Below are positions 33,301-45,057 of a stretch of DNA of 63,904 nt, in pieces. The notes under the pieces were generated by a model. The model was not told the origin of the DNA and did no database searches. It saw only the letters and a program-made list of their open reading frames with translations. Source of the DNA: Octopus bimaculoides (Eukaryota); the NCBI RefSeq assembly GCF_001194135.2, contig NC_068993.1:62011928-62075831 (forward strand), read 5' to 3'. The stretch's first letter is position 1. Each line of letters begins with the position of its first letter. The position numbers and the translations under genes are program-made.

Positions 33301-36300
33301 CCATATTTTCTCCATAATTACTTTTGTTGTTATTGTTATTGATGGTTATAATAATAATAGTAATAATCCTTTCTGTTGAAGGCACAAGGCCTGAAATTTG
33401 TGGGGAGGGGACTAGTTGATTATATCGACCCCAGTGTTTCACTGGTACTTAATTTATTGACCCCAAAAGGATGAAAGGCAAAGTCAACCTCAGCAGAATT
33501 TGAATAATAATGATAATAATAATAATCTTTTCTACTCTAGGCACAAGGCCTGAAATTTTTTGGGAGGTGGGAGGGCAGTTGATTAGATTGACCCCAGTAT
33601 GCAACTGGTACTTAATTTATCGACCCTGAAAGGATGAAAGGCAAAGTTGACCCCAGCGGAATTTGAATAATAATAATAATAATAATGTTTCTAACAAAGG
33701 TATAAGGCCACATATTGAGAGGATGAAAGTGACCCCAGCGCTTGGTTGGAACTTTATTTTATGAATCCAGAGCTGAAGAAAGATGAGATGTGAACTCAGA
33801 ATGTAAGGAGCCAGAACAAATATTGCAGGGCATTTTGTCCCACTGCTCTAATGATTCTGTCAATCTTCTCAAAGACTTTTGGAGACAATAGCAAGAATCT
33901 GTACTTGTGTACTCTTTTCCCCTAAAAGACCTTGCTTCACCTTTAAGTCTTAGGCAAAGCTGTTTTCCCATTTCTGTGGACGAAACCTTCAGGTTTCAAT
34001 GGAGAGGGCAGCAGCTGCAATGCATTGTGGGATGCTGAGAGCAAGATGAGGCAAGCAAGACATCTTGGTTGTCCACTGCATCTGTCACCATTCCTGGTCA
34101 TCTTGACCTGGTCTTGCCAACGAACTGAAAACGGTCACAAACTGGAGAGTGAGACAAAAGGCGTATGACTCTTCTTCACTTTAAACAAAGTCCCCATAAA
34201 AGTTATCAACCATTCTTAAGGATGGCCAAATGGTCCTCATCGCTGCAGCACCATCAACATTCACTCACTATATTCACTGACTGTATTTACTTTCTACATT
34301 TACATCTCACATTCATTCACTGACCCCTTATGCTGCTGTTTTTGTCTTCTTCCCTCATTTGTATCTTCAAATCCGTTTGGCCTAGAATATTGGCGTTCCA
34401 TGTTTCCTTGGTGGTATGTCACGTGGACTTTTAGGAAGAAATAACCCTTTACAGATGAGACAGCAGCGTCGGGAGGCACTGAAAGAGGCTGACCTTATCG
34501 TTCTTGCTGGTAACCTGATTTCTTTTTTATTTTCATTTCATTTCCTGTTAAAAAAAAATACAAGTATTTTTTATTTTCTTATAAATATTATTTTAATTTT
34601 ATCTTTTTTAATTTTTTTAAAAATCTATTGCATTTTATGTCATAGCATTTTGTGTTCATTTTCCCATGCTTGCATAAGTTGGATGGGCCTTCCCCAGAGC
34701 TCAATATCTTACTGCTTGTTGTGGTCCCTTGAGAGTTCCAGCCTTTTGAGATCAACCTTCATCACTTCTTTGCATGCCTCCCTCAGTCTTCCTCTTCTCC
34801 AAGTTCCTTCCACTTTGATCACCCCACAAACTTTACCCAACTCACATCTTCCATACACACAGTATCTCCATTTCAGTGCAGTGATCCTCTATTCTTCATC
34901 ATCCATGCACACTAACATTACACATCCAGTGGAGCATGTTCACCTAATTTCTTTTAAGGCTTCACTCATTCTCTGCATCCACTGCCCATGTTTTGCTACC
35001 ATGCAGTATCACACTTGGTACTTAAGCATCATACACTCTGCCCTTCACTCAAGGAGAGAATCCTTTTGTTACCAGCAGATGTAATAGTTCCTTAACATTT
35101 CTCCTCTTTTCCCCACTCCTTTTTTAATCAGGCTGGTTACTTAGATAATAGAAGCTGTCAGATATTTCTAGAAGCATTTTAAAATTCATAGATACTCTTA
35201 TTGCTAACTACTCTTGTATATCTGCTACATACAGAATCATTCTTTCCTGTCTATTTCTGATCACACTACATCTGAAGTGCAACTCTTGTTTATATTGGTC
35301 ACACATTACAGAGATCCTACCAACCCTTTTCTCTGCAGAATGAGCATGACTGCTTCCCTGATGACAGCAGAGTTCTGTGTTCTTTCCTGCTGACCAAATA
35401 GTTGTCTTGGCTAGGTTTACTTTTAGATGTCTTGATTGTAAGGCACTGCTTCCTTATTTGGAACTTTTTTCTCTAATTCTTTGATTGCCATGGATAACCA
35501 GTCTTGAAGTTCACTAGTTATGACCTGTATAACTAGAATAAACACCTGACTAAACATTGAGCCTCTGAGCCCAGAAACTGTCATCTTGCTAATACCACCC
35601 CTGTATTTAGCTTACATAGTTCTCATAAGCCATTTCTTTGCATCTAATTTTGTTTGTGAGCAGGTTAATGAAAGCTGGGATTAGGGGCTTATTTTTAGCT
35701 AAATACTTCATTTCTGTTCCTTTTACAAAAAAATGCTTCAGAATATGAAATTTTGCTCAGATCCTCTGAAGAAAGAAATAAACAAAAAAGGAATAAATAA
35801 GAGAATTTCCAAAGGTTTAAGGAACATTAATCAGATTGTTATTCTTAGAAGTTTTATACTATCAAAAGAAAATCCTGTCCCACTACTTCCTTCTCTTACA
35901 TCCCATGGCTGATGATTAGACAGAAATGCAAGAGAGTTTTGTTAGCAGTTTGTGCAGACCCTTAGCTTCTTAGGTCCCTAACTAGTGTCACTATTTAGAT
36001 GTGGGTTGCAGTTTGTGATTCACTTCATATACAGTAATCCCTCGCCATATCGGGGTTTATCATTTAAACTTACATCAATTCTTCCGTGGTGTTGTTTTGC
36101 ATTTATAATAAAATAAATATATACAAAGTATAAAAATAATTTTAAAAAATATTCAGTACAGTACTGTTTCTACTTGGCAGATTTTCACATCTTGTGCGGG
36201 GTGGGGTTGGAACATAACCCCTGCAATAGTTGAAGGATTACTGTAATTCTAACCAGACACTGTAAACTGTTTGTTAGAGAGAAGTTGGTTAAAGTAAACT

Positions 36301-39300
36301 CAATTACAGGTTCTTTCGTTAGTATAATTTGCATTAGTTTGCCTTACCGATATCTTTTCGATTCTTATCTTTTATGTTTTGATCACTCATTATTCACACT
36401 TTTATTTGATTCTTGCATCTTTTAATGTGATTCCAGGAACTGTTTGTGATTTCCGTCTTGGATATGGTCGGTCACTGAACAGAAAAGCGAAAATAATTAC
36501 TGTCAACCGTTCCAAAGAACAGCTGTATAAAGTAAATATTTCTGTATTCTATGATTTAGAGATCTGACATAAAAGTAACATTTGAAACAACCACAAAAGC
36601 TGATATACTGTGGAAAGAATTAAGAACAATGGATTGCTACTCACCCCTATGCGGGTCCGAGTGCAATTGGGGCCTCTATTCATTAAATCTAGGTGACAGA
36701 AATGTAGAATGTTGTATCAAATCATGTCAACATTTCAGTTGGTGGTGGAGGTGAGGTTGGGCCGGGGGGAAGGGAACACTGATTAATTATGTTGGTCCCA
36801 TACATTTGATTAATTATCTCTATGGTGTGGGTCAGCTGATGTTATGTTGAATATGTCTGCACAACAACAATAACAACAATGACAATGTTAGCAATAATAA
36901 CTGCTCCAGTTGTCTGTTTTGGCTTGGTTTCTCCTGCTGGAAGAACGTACAGGGTGCCACGTGTGGTGCTGGTACAGATGCTTTTTATGTGGCACCAGCA
37001 CGGGTACTTTTTATATGGCACCGGCATGGGTGCTTTTTATGTGGCACCAGCACGGGTGCTTTTTATGTGGCACCAGCATGGGTGGTTTTTGCATGGCACT
37101 GACATGGGAACTTTTTACATGGCGTCACCACAATATGTTGAATTAAATTTAATATGTGTTAATCATCATCGCCATTTAGTGTCCATTTCCTGTGCAGGCA
37201 TGGTTTAACAGTTGAACAGGATTTGGCAAGCCTGAGGATTAAGCCAAGCTCCAGTAAGTCTGCTTTGGCATGGTTTCTATGGCTACATTCCCTTCTTAAT
37301 GCCAACTACTCTACAGAGTGTACTGGGTGCCTTTCTTATATGGCATTGCTACTAAGTATCAATATATGTGTTAATGGATTTGCTAACCTGAATATAACAT
37401 GTAAATATATATTGTTGAAAAGTTTTTGAATTATTCTCAGTGAACTGGTATTCCATTGCTGGTTCCCATGCTGGTGACACTGTAAAAAGCACCCACTACA
37501 CTCTCGGAGTGGTTGGTGTTAGGAAGAGCATCCAGCTGTAGAAACATCGCCAGATCAGATTGGAGTCTGGTGCAGCCGCTGGCTCTCCAGACCTCAGTCA
37601 AACCATCCAACCCATGCCAGCATGAAAAACGGACGTTAAACAATGATGATGATGATTTAATAAAGTAATCTGAATGTCAATAGGTTAATGTAAAATAAAG
37701 CAAAAAATGATTCTAATCAGATCCTTTCTTACCTCATTTCTTCTTATTTTCTTTGCTAATTTTGACGATCCTCCTTGATTGACATCATGCAATTACTTAA
37801 CCTATTCTTCCATTATTCTTCTCTTCAGAATTCCGATATGTTTTGGAAACCAACTGTTGCCATCCAGGGAGATGCTGCTACATTTGTCACTCAACTGTCT
37901 TCAACACTTCAAGGTTACAAGTGTGACCCAGAATGGTTGTCCACATTACGGGAAAGAGATAATCTGAAAGAGAAAGCAAACGAGTAATTGATGTTTTTGT
38001 TAATGAGAGGATTAGTAATTTTGTTGTATCTATATCAAAGATATAGACCAAAGCCTTGAGCGTTTATTTGATTCACAGAATCTGAAAGTAGCCATCATGT
38101 ATGTGTGTGTGACTGTGTAGATATGTATGTGTGCATGTGTTTGTGCCATCTTCTCTTGACATTGCGTGACTTGTAAATAAGTGATATTCATTTCTATTAT
38201 TCGGGCCATTGGGGAACATGTAAGGGTTGGTGACAGGAAATGCATCCAAATGTAGAAAATCTGTCTCAGTAAATTCTGTCCAATCCAAGCAAGCACAGAA
38301 AAGTAGACATTAAAATAATGATGATAATGATGATGAAGAAGAAGAAAGCGAAACACTTTCTTTGTGTTATCTCTTCAATCATCCAAACAAGGGAAATCCA
38401 ACAATGACAAACCAGCAGGAGCTGCATAGTTTGGCTCATTCTACAGTTACAAAAAATGGATTCCACATTATGTTCCTATTTTACTTTAGCATTTCTGGTT
38501 ATGCCAAACCCAACTTGGAGTCTATCAAGACATTACCACTCATCTTTGTAGACTCCAAGTCTTCCAACAAATTTTTCTGCTAGTTCCATTTTCACATCAG
38601 GCAAAGTGTAAGGTTGTGAGAATCCTTTAGTCTTGTTGAAGACATGACATTTGTCTAGTGTAGGGGCCAAGGAAAAATTGCCCAATACACTTTCTAAAGT
38701 GTTTGGCATTAGGAATGGTATCCAGCTGTAGAAACCGTGCCAAAAAATGGAAACTGAGTGAGATGAAATTTCTTGTCTATGTGAGCATTCCCAAGTTCTG
38801 CTGACTTCAATAGTGATAACCAATTCCAATGAATGAAAGCATGGAAAGCAAATACAAAATGATGGTGATGATATATATTGTAAATTATGTTCTATTCTTT
38901 TTAGGAAAAAAGGTGAAGAAAAAACAGATAAACACCTGAATCCAGTTAAACTGTTGCAACTGACTGAAGAGATTCTTACAGATGACAGCATTCTTGTAGC
39001 TGATGGGGGTGACTTTGTGGGTACTGCTTCCTACATTCTCAGGTAAATCATTCATCAGTTCCATATTTAAGAGATGACGAATTATGTACATTATTTACAT
39101 TTTTTACATCTCGTTGTGAGATTTAAAAATAGTAATTTTCTAATATACATTTTGTTGTGACAAATTTAATTCAATCAATTTGCATAGAAAAAACATTTGA
39201 GAGTTTCTGTGGAAGGTAGGTCTTTTATTTGGTCTTTTGAAGATTTTGGAAATTAATAAGATTCAAATCTTTTTAATGGTGGAAGTCAAGGTTGATGAAG

Positions 39301-41920
39301 CTGTAGAATATAGGGTTTAAAAAACCCCCCTTACTTGGTAAAAATGTCAAAGGTTGTTATGACCCCAGAAGAGATAAGTACCAGTAGAGCAGTGAGGTCA
39401 ATACCTTTGACTTACTTGTTTACCTTAAATTTCAAACCTTATGCCTTTTGTAGAAAGAATTGTAGCTTTATCCACTACGAGTTCCACCTTTAAAGTGATT
39501 ATATTTCATAAATGTATATCGATATTAAATTTAATATTTTTGCAGACCCCGTGGCCCTTTATGTTGGTTAGATCCTGGTGCATTTGGAACTCTTGGCGTT
39601 GGTGGAGGATTTGCACTTGGAGCCAAAATTTGTCGTCCAGAAAGCGATGTGTGGATTATATATGGTGATGGTTCTCTTGGATTTAGTGTAGCTGAGTTTG
39701 ATACTTTTACACGACACAAGGTAAATTGATAAACAACACAATTTATTGATTTTCTTTGAATTTGTAGATTTAGTCAACCCATACTAGCATAGAAAATAAT
39801 TGATATAAAACAGCAGAGATCAACTGACATACACTAACATGGATTGGATGGGGGTATCCATAATAATATATTTGAGTCTTAGTTTAACATTGCCTCACAT
39901 GAGTCAGGTGGAATTCATTGAGGCAGGTTTTCTACTGTTGGATGTCCTCCCTGTTGCCAACCCTTCCCTTTTTTTGAGCAAGGAAATATTTCCCTGTGAC
40001 AGGACATGTTTTTCTTTGAAGAGAGAAATTGAAGGACACATGATGGTAACATTCATTTACAATTATTATGTAATATCAAGACAAGGAGACACAATCTCAC
40101 ACACACATCCATGCACATATTTACAACAGGTTTCTTTCACTCACAAGGCTTTGGTCAGCTTGAGGCTATTGTAGAAAACACTTGACCAAGGTGCCACTTA
40201 GTGGGACTGAATCCCAAACCATGTGATTAGAAAGCGATCTTCTCAACCACACAACCTGCCTGACACCACAGTAATAACAAGGAAAGCCAGACCCAGTATA
40301 ATTTGAACTCAAAACCTGGAAGGTTAAAACTAAGTACTTAGAAACTGTTCTACCAACTGACCTTTCTGAACCAGTTTTAATTACACTCCACTCCTATGTC
40401 TTCTGGAGACAATTACACAACTCGTTTATATTATTTCTTTGTTTTAGATGCCTGTTATTGCTCTTGTTGGTAATGATGCTGGTTGGACACAGATTTACAG
40501 GGAACAAGTACCGATGTTTGGCAGTAGCGTCGCCTGTGACCTAAGTGTAAGAAATTACTTGATTACATTTCCATTTCTGGACTTCTGAGCTGATATTTTA
40601 AATTCATGTTTCTGCGTGGTTGTTGCCAGTGTTGCCAGTGCTGCCAGCGTGGTTGTTGCCAGTGCTGCCAGACTGGCTCCTGTGCAGGTGGCATGTAAAA
40701 AGCACCATTTGAGCGTAGCTGATGCCAGTATCGCCTGACTGCCCTTGTGCCAGTGGCACGTAAAAGCACCCACTACACTCTCGGAGTGGTTAGCGTTAGG
40801 ACGGGCATCCAGCTGTAGAAACTTTGCCAAATCAGATTGGAGACTAGTGCAGACTTCTGGCTCGCCAGCCCTCAGTCAAATTGTCCAACCCATGCCAGCA
40901 TAGAAAGTGGACGTCAAATGATGATGATGATGATGATATATCATGGACTCTCCCATCATTAGCACAATGTATGAGGATTTGGCAATTTCTTGCCGAACAA
41001 CCACACACATGATTTGTTTATAGTGATCAAATGTTTGTGTAGACATAAGCTCACTCCCTCCATCAAACTGACATTACCTGTACAGGTGCAACGGGTGCCA
41101 AATGTCAGATGTTGAAATGATCGCAGAGCAACGTGAAATGAAGTGTTTTGCTCAAGAACATAATGCAGCGCCTGGTCTGGGAATCAAATCCATCATGTCA
41201 CAATATATGTATATATATTTATGTGTGTGTGTGTGTATGCGGTTGTCACCTGCCACTGCTTGACAACCAGTGATGGGTTGTTTACATCCCCTTATTCTCT
41301 CAGTCTCAAACAAGGCCGATAGAATAAACACCAGGCTAAAAAATAGTCAACTACTGGTGTTGATTTGTTCGACTAAACCCTTCAAGGTGGAGCCCCAGCC
41401 TGGCCACAATCTAATGACTGAAACAAGTAAAAGATAAAACCCAAAGTAGGGAGAGTGTTATTGTCGGGGCTGTGGAGTCAAAACAAAAAACTTTGACTCC
41501 TCTACTATTGACACCTCTGACTCTGACTCCTCTATGTAATTAAGTGATTGTGGTCTATTTTACTGACTCCGACTCCAGCTACCCCTTAATTGTTTCTGAC
41601 TCCCTGGTTATCTTAAATACATCACTTTATTTCATTCTGTCTTTGTGTGTTTTAGACCAGATTTCAGTTCTTCTCGTTTTTTACCAAAATTTAGTTTTTC
41701 TCTTACTCTTTTTTTTCATTTTCTTCATATCCAGTTCTCGTCCTACCATACTGTTGCCGAGGGTTTTGGCGGTAAAGGTTACCAACTGGACAGAAGCAAT
41801 GAAGAACAGATACCGACAATACTCAGACAATGCCAAAAGGATGCCAGAGAAGGTCACAGTGTTCTGATTAATGCTTTGATTGGTAAAACTAACTTCCGAG
41901 AAGGCAGCATATCCGTTTAA
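22371..41920 (+). CDS. ILVBL: Acetolactate synthase-like protein / 2-hydroxyacyl-CoA lyase 2 (ThDP-dependent), 16 coding exons, 625 aa
   Basis: Sixteen exons join in phase to 1878 nt. The product has an N-terminal hydrophobic anchor ending RLGLLYQ, the catalytic-Glu motif [27 protein letters not shown], the ThDP/Mg motif GDGSLGF...ALVGND and C-terminal FREGSISV. It is colinear with vertebrate ILVBL, not HACL1 or bacterial AHAS. Confidence 0.96.
24133..24246 (+). CDS. ILVBL: ILVBL first coding exon, copy B ([38 protein letters not shown])
   Basis: 38 codons, same AAG|GTATGT donor; 11 nt differences from copy A in 114 nt. Confidence 0.85.
25250..25620 (+). mobile_element. 3' end of a Penelope-like element: GIY-YIG endonuclease C-terminus plus pseudo-LTR with hammerhead
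   Basis: [29 protein letters not shown]...[23 protein letters not shown] fits the PLE GIY-YIG tail (H..H, R..E..I..P.LN). It is followed by the HHR and a tail shared with 29440-29640 and 42208-42400. Confidence 0.75.
25455..25499 (+). ncRNA. Minimal type-I hammerhead ribozyme with an intact core
   Basis: GGACCA-CTGATGA-G-GTCACA gaag TGTGAC-GAAA-GAAC-TC/TGGCC; predicted cleavage after C25494. Confidence 0.7.
26848..27068. mobile_element. piggyBac-like MITE
   Basis: TTAA|CCCTTTCGTTAC ... GTAACAAAAGGG|TTCA; terminal inverted repeats with a TTAA-like target. Confidence 0.7.
27410..27463 (+). CDS. ILVBL: ILVBL exon 2 ([18 protein letters not shown])
   Basis: ttccag|...AAG|gtaagc; 54 nt. Confidence 0.93.
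28256..28526. mobile_element. hAT-type MITE (271 bp) inserted into a SINE
   Basis: TIRs CAGAGCTGTGGAGTC / GACTCCACAGCCCTG; perfect 8-bp TSD CCACCACT (28248-28255, 28527-28534). An internally deleted copy lies at 41465-41606. Confidence 0.85.
28715..28819 (+). CDS. ILVBL: ILVBL exon 3 ([35 protein letters not shown])
   Basis: ctag|...GAA|gtatgt; 105 nt; carries the catalytic Glu. Confidence 0.96.
29340..29640 (+). mobile_element. Penelope pLTR fragment with decayed hammerhead and inverted 5' junction
   Basis: Perfect 28-bp inverted repeat (29340-29367 / 29440-29467); tail homologous to 25469-25620. Confidence 0.7.
29792..29870 (+). CDS. ILVBL: ILVBL exon 4 ([26 protein letters not shown])
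   Basis: ttag|...CCA G|gtactg; 79 nt. Confidence 0.96.
30072..30500 (+). mobile_element. Mariner transposase fragment (ILVBL intron 4)
   Basis: ITDDERW ... [20 protein letters not shown] ... [22 protein letters not shown], a decayed DD34D/YSPDLAP region. Confidence 0.85.
30564..30655 (+). CDS. ILVBL: ILVBL exon 5 ([31 protein letters not shown])
   Basis: ttccag|GT...AAG|gtaact; 92 nt. Confidence 0.96.
30942..31080 (+). CDS. ILVBL: ILVBL exon 6 ([10 protein letters not shown]...AQSGTP), followed by a GC donor
   Basis: ttccag|GGC...CCA G|gcaagc; 139 nt. Confidence 0.94.
31529..31640 (+). CDS. ILVBL: ILVBL exon 7 ([16 protein letters not shown]...NIVN)
   Basis: tttcag|GC CCA...AAC TG|gtaagt; 112 nt. 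Confidence 0.96.
32137..32237 (+). CDS. ILVBL: ILVBL exon 8 ([15 protein letters not shown]...PSPSQ)
   Basis: gttag|G TAT...CAA G|gtacgt; 101 nt. Confidence 0.95.
32473..32693. mobile_element. piggyBac-like MITE, second family
   Basis: TTAA|CCCTTTAACATTCAGA ... TAAATGCTAAAGGG; a homologous copy lies at about 59373-59594. Confidence 0.65.
33162..33271 (+). CDS. ILVBL: ILVBL exon 9 ([21 protein letters not shown]...SLE)
   Basis: tttcag|TG CAG...GAG|gtaaat; 110 nt. Confidence 0.95.
34386..34509 (+). CDS. ILVBL: ILVBL exon 10 ([19 protein letters not shown]...DLIVLA)
   Basis: ctag|AAT...GCT G|gtaacc; 124 nt. Confidence 0.96.
36032..36243. mobile_element. Tigger/pogo-type MITE
   Basis: TA|CAGTAATCCCTCG ... 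GAAGGATTACTG|TA; TIRs with a TA target duplication. Confidence 0.75.
36437..36531 (+). CDS. ILVBL: ILVBL exon 11 ([14 protein letters not shown]...QLYK)
   Basis: ttccag|GA ACT...AAA|gtaaat; 95 nt. Confidence 0.96.
36955..37130 (+). repeat. Tandem ~26-30-bp repeat (GGGTGCTTTTTATGTGGCACCAGCAC) expanded from an RTE-tail repeat
   Basis: 5-6 imperfect units; the unit matches an internal motif of the abundant RTE-tail family. Confidence 0.8.
37829..37983 (+). CDS. ILVBL: ILVBL exon 12 ([15 protein letters not shown]...EKAN)
   Basis: cttcag|AAT...AAC GA|gtaatt; 155 nt. Confidence 0.95.
38905..39042 (+). CDS. ILVBL: ILVBL exon 13 ([14 protein letters not shown]...[13 protein letters not shown])
   Basis: tttag|G AAA...CTC AG|gtaaat; 138 nt. 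Confidence 0.96.
39546..39720 (+). CDS. ILVBL: ILVBL exon 14 ([19 protein letters not shown]...YGDGSLG...RHK)
   Basis: ttgcag|A CCC...AAG|gtaaat; 175 nt; GDG ThDP motif. Confidence 0.97.
40448..40546 (+). CDS. ILVBL: ILVBL exon 15 ([33 protein letters not shown])
   Basis: tttag|ATG...AGT|gtaaga; 99 nt. Confidence 0.96.
41735..41920 (+). CDS. ILVBL: ILVBL last coding exon ([13 protein letters not shown]...FREGSISV*)
   Basis: atccag|TTC...GTT TAA; 186 nt. Confidence 0.96.
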   Translation, partial: FSSYHTVAEGFGGKGYQLDRSNEEQIPTILRQCQKDAREGHSVLINALIGKTNFREGSISV

Positions 41921-41978
41921 CAGCTGCAGCAGCAACAACAGTTGGAACAACAACAACCATAATAATAATTATAATGAT

Positions 41979-41984
41979 AATAAA
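41979..41984 (+). promoter_or_regulatory. First candidate ILVBL polyadenylation signal AATAAA
   Basis: About 60 nt after the stop; further AATAAA hexamers occur near 42136 and 42250. No transcript evidence. Confidence 0.3.
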
Positions 41985-42094
41985 CAATAACAGTGCAATG
42001 CAATTTGTAGGAAAATGACTTTGTTTAATTGAATTAAACAAATTGAACAATATTTTGACAGATTGTTCTTGAATTCAAAATGTAAAATGAAAAG

Positions 42095-42370
42095 AATATA
42101 TTGTTATATTTCTTGATGGTCATTTTTTCTTTGTTAAATAAACACAAACTGTATATATTCATTCTTCACTTCAGATTTAGTATTGTTCTTTGTCTGAAAA
42201 TCTGTTGTTACAGGATGTGTGATGAAAGATTTTTCAGACAAAAGACAATAAAATAAAAACAATGAAAAATCTGAAGTGAAGAACAAGTACGTAGTGTGTG
42301 TGTGTGTGTGTGTTTGTTTGTTTGACAAAAGCAAAACAAAAACGACCATCCAGAAATATAACAATATCTG
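42095..42370. repeat. Imperfect long inverted repeat made of two opposed pLTR tails
   Basis: Matching blocks: ttcttcacttcagattt / aaatctgaagtgaagaa; tttgtctgaaaatc / gatttttcagacaaa; atattgttatatttcttgatggtc / gaccatccagaaatataacaatat. Confidence 0.8.
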
Positions 42371-44265
42371 TTTCAGCAATTTCACATCAGGAATCTTGCA
42401 GAACATTATAGAAAAGAACTCAAAAATAGGGAAATTCAATAATTAACAGGAATATCCTGTATCTTGTTTTTTTTAGAGAAAATGCTGTCCTCAGTTTTGG
42501 GTTTTCCATGACTGGTAACAAGGAAAAAGGAAAAACCTGATGATATCATTATGTTTAAAAAGAAACACAGGACATTCCTGTTCATATTTTGGATTTCTGA
42601 GGTTTTATTGTGTTTTTTTCTTTTTACATTTTGAACGCAAAGAAGAAGCGGTCTGTTGAAATATTGTTCAATTCATTCACTTCAATGAACAGAGTCAATC
42701 TGTTACAAATTGCATCACACCCTTCTTGTTGCTTAATTTACCTCTGTGAAGAGTTACATCTGTCTTCGTAAATTAATAATAATAAATAATGATGATGATA
42801 ATAATAATAATAATAATAATAATAATGGTGATTTCATATTTTGTTTGATACAAGGCCAGCAATTTCAGAGGAATATGAATATACAAACATTGCCACCTAC
42901 CTACATACGTTCATACATACATGTGTGTATCTGTGTGTTTGTATAAGGATAATAATGGTAGTGGTGACAGTCACAGAGTAGATATGAAACAAGAAAAAAA
43001 TAAAAAGAAATTAAATAAGCTGCCTTTTTCCATTTATGATGGACTGTTTTATGAAATACACACACACATGCACACACAATACACACACACCTTGTTGCTA
43101 TGTCTGTTAGATCTACTGAAAATTTATTGAACGAGTTTTCATTTCCAAACAAATTCCATTTCTATTTCTATAATAAAACAATTAAATCTTGTCAAAAGTG
43201 TTTTATTGGTCGATTGTTCTCTTACAAACCTTTGTAAGTTTCTTAACTTCTTCAGAAAGTTTATGCAAATTCATGTCAAGCTGTTTGATTTTGTGACAGC
43301 ACTGGGAGCTGTTGTCTTCTTGTAGTATGTCAAGGTAGGTTAGGAACCCATTGTCTTCCAGGTTATAGATTCATAAATATTTCACAGGCATAGATTTGTT
43401 ACTGGACTGGCAGCTGATATGAATTGTCTCCCCTAACTAACCCAGTTCGTAGTGTAGGATGTCCGTGGTTTCAATTGGTAGACCACATAAAATACAAGCT
43501 TATGGTCCACATAGAAATCTTAGTTAGTAGGCATAGATCGGAGTAACTGAAAGCTGGACACATTGTTCTTGGCATGGGGAGTGCACAGCAAGGTAATTAA
43601 GTGGAAACTGATGTAGTGGAGGGGGAGCGGCAAATCTGGAGATGGGTCTCTATGAGGAGTCATTGGAGTTCAATGGTTAGGGTATAGTAAAGAAGTTGAT
43701 GTAGATACCTGTTGATTAGAGGTGGTAATCAGCAGACAATATATATATAGTGATGGTCGTTCTGCAGAAAAAAAATAATGTTTGACCAATTCTTTGGGGC
43801 TAGTTATAAGCATCTACCTAGCCAGCTAGTTGTAAATTTTCTTGCACAGAAAATGGGTTGTTACAGAAAAGAAGAAAAACAAAATTGATAATGGCACTTG
43901 AGTTCCATTTGAAAGTAAGTGATGGTGCAAGAAGAAAATCGTTTTGGTTTGGACAGTATGTTTAATGAGGTTACAAACGCATACATCCGGCTTTACGTTA
44001 TGAGTTCAAGTTCTGCTGAGGCGGACTTTGTCTTTCATCCTTTCGGGGTCAATAGAATAGGTAGCAGTTAAGCCACCTGCCCCAAACTTTCAGGCTTTGT
44101 GCCTATATTAGAAAGGACCATCACCACCACCACCATCATCATCATCACATTTTTATTATATAGATGTACATGGGTACGCACACAGGTTACATATGCGGGC
44201 TAATCCACGTACTTATGTATTTATGCTTGTCTTTCTATTTGCATGTCTATCTATCTATCTATCTA

Positions 44266-44298
<33 letters not shown>

Positions 44299-44348
44299 AT
44301 TTATCTATCTATCTATCTATCTCTATCTGTCAGTCTGTCAGTCTGTCC

Positions 44349-44389
<41 letters not shown>

Positions 44390-45057
44390 TCTACCTCTCT
44401 TTGTCTGTATGTGTGGGGAGGCAGGGTGAATGTGTGTGTGTGTGTGCAAGTTTGCTGGTATTATATCGTGTCACTTGTGCTGCAGGAAATATAGTTAAAT
44501 ACCAAACTAATGTTTATGAAAAGAGAAAGAGAAGAGAAAACATGCTACAGAATCATTAAGGCTTGGAGTGGCTACTTAAAAAGTCATGAATCAATTTTAC
44601 AGAATGTAAGTGCCCAAGCAAAACTAAAGTGTGTGTAACACTTCTAAACTAAAATATATGCAATAACAATTGATGATACGGAGAAATTGCTAAATATATC
44701 GATAGATAATGTCATGGTGTTACGCGTGACTTTCACAAGTCATCTGGTAAGAGGTGTTAATTTTTGCTAATGACTTTCGGATCAGTTGCATCCGTTTTGA
44801 TGACAGATCTTTAAGGAATTTAAATTATTGTTTTACTTAGTTGAATACTATGACTAATGCCAAACACAAATTCACCGAAGATATTGCAACCATGGGTGTG
44901 CGACAAGATGCTTGCTTTCCCCCGACGTGGTTTCAGATTCAGTGCTATTGTGTGAGACCTCATACAAGTGTCTTCTGCAATAGCCCCAGCCTGATCAAAG
45001 CATTTTGAAGGAATCTGGTTGACGGAAGCTAAAAGGAGTCCGTCATTTATATCCATA

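Noticed and set aside
34416-35084. 222-aa ORF
   Set aside because: Only the first 31 codons are ILVBL exon 10; the rest is intron read-through and antisense RTE sequence.
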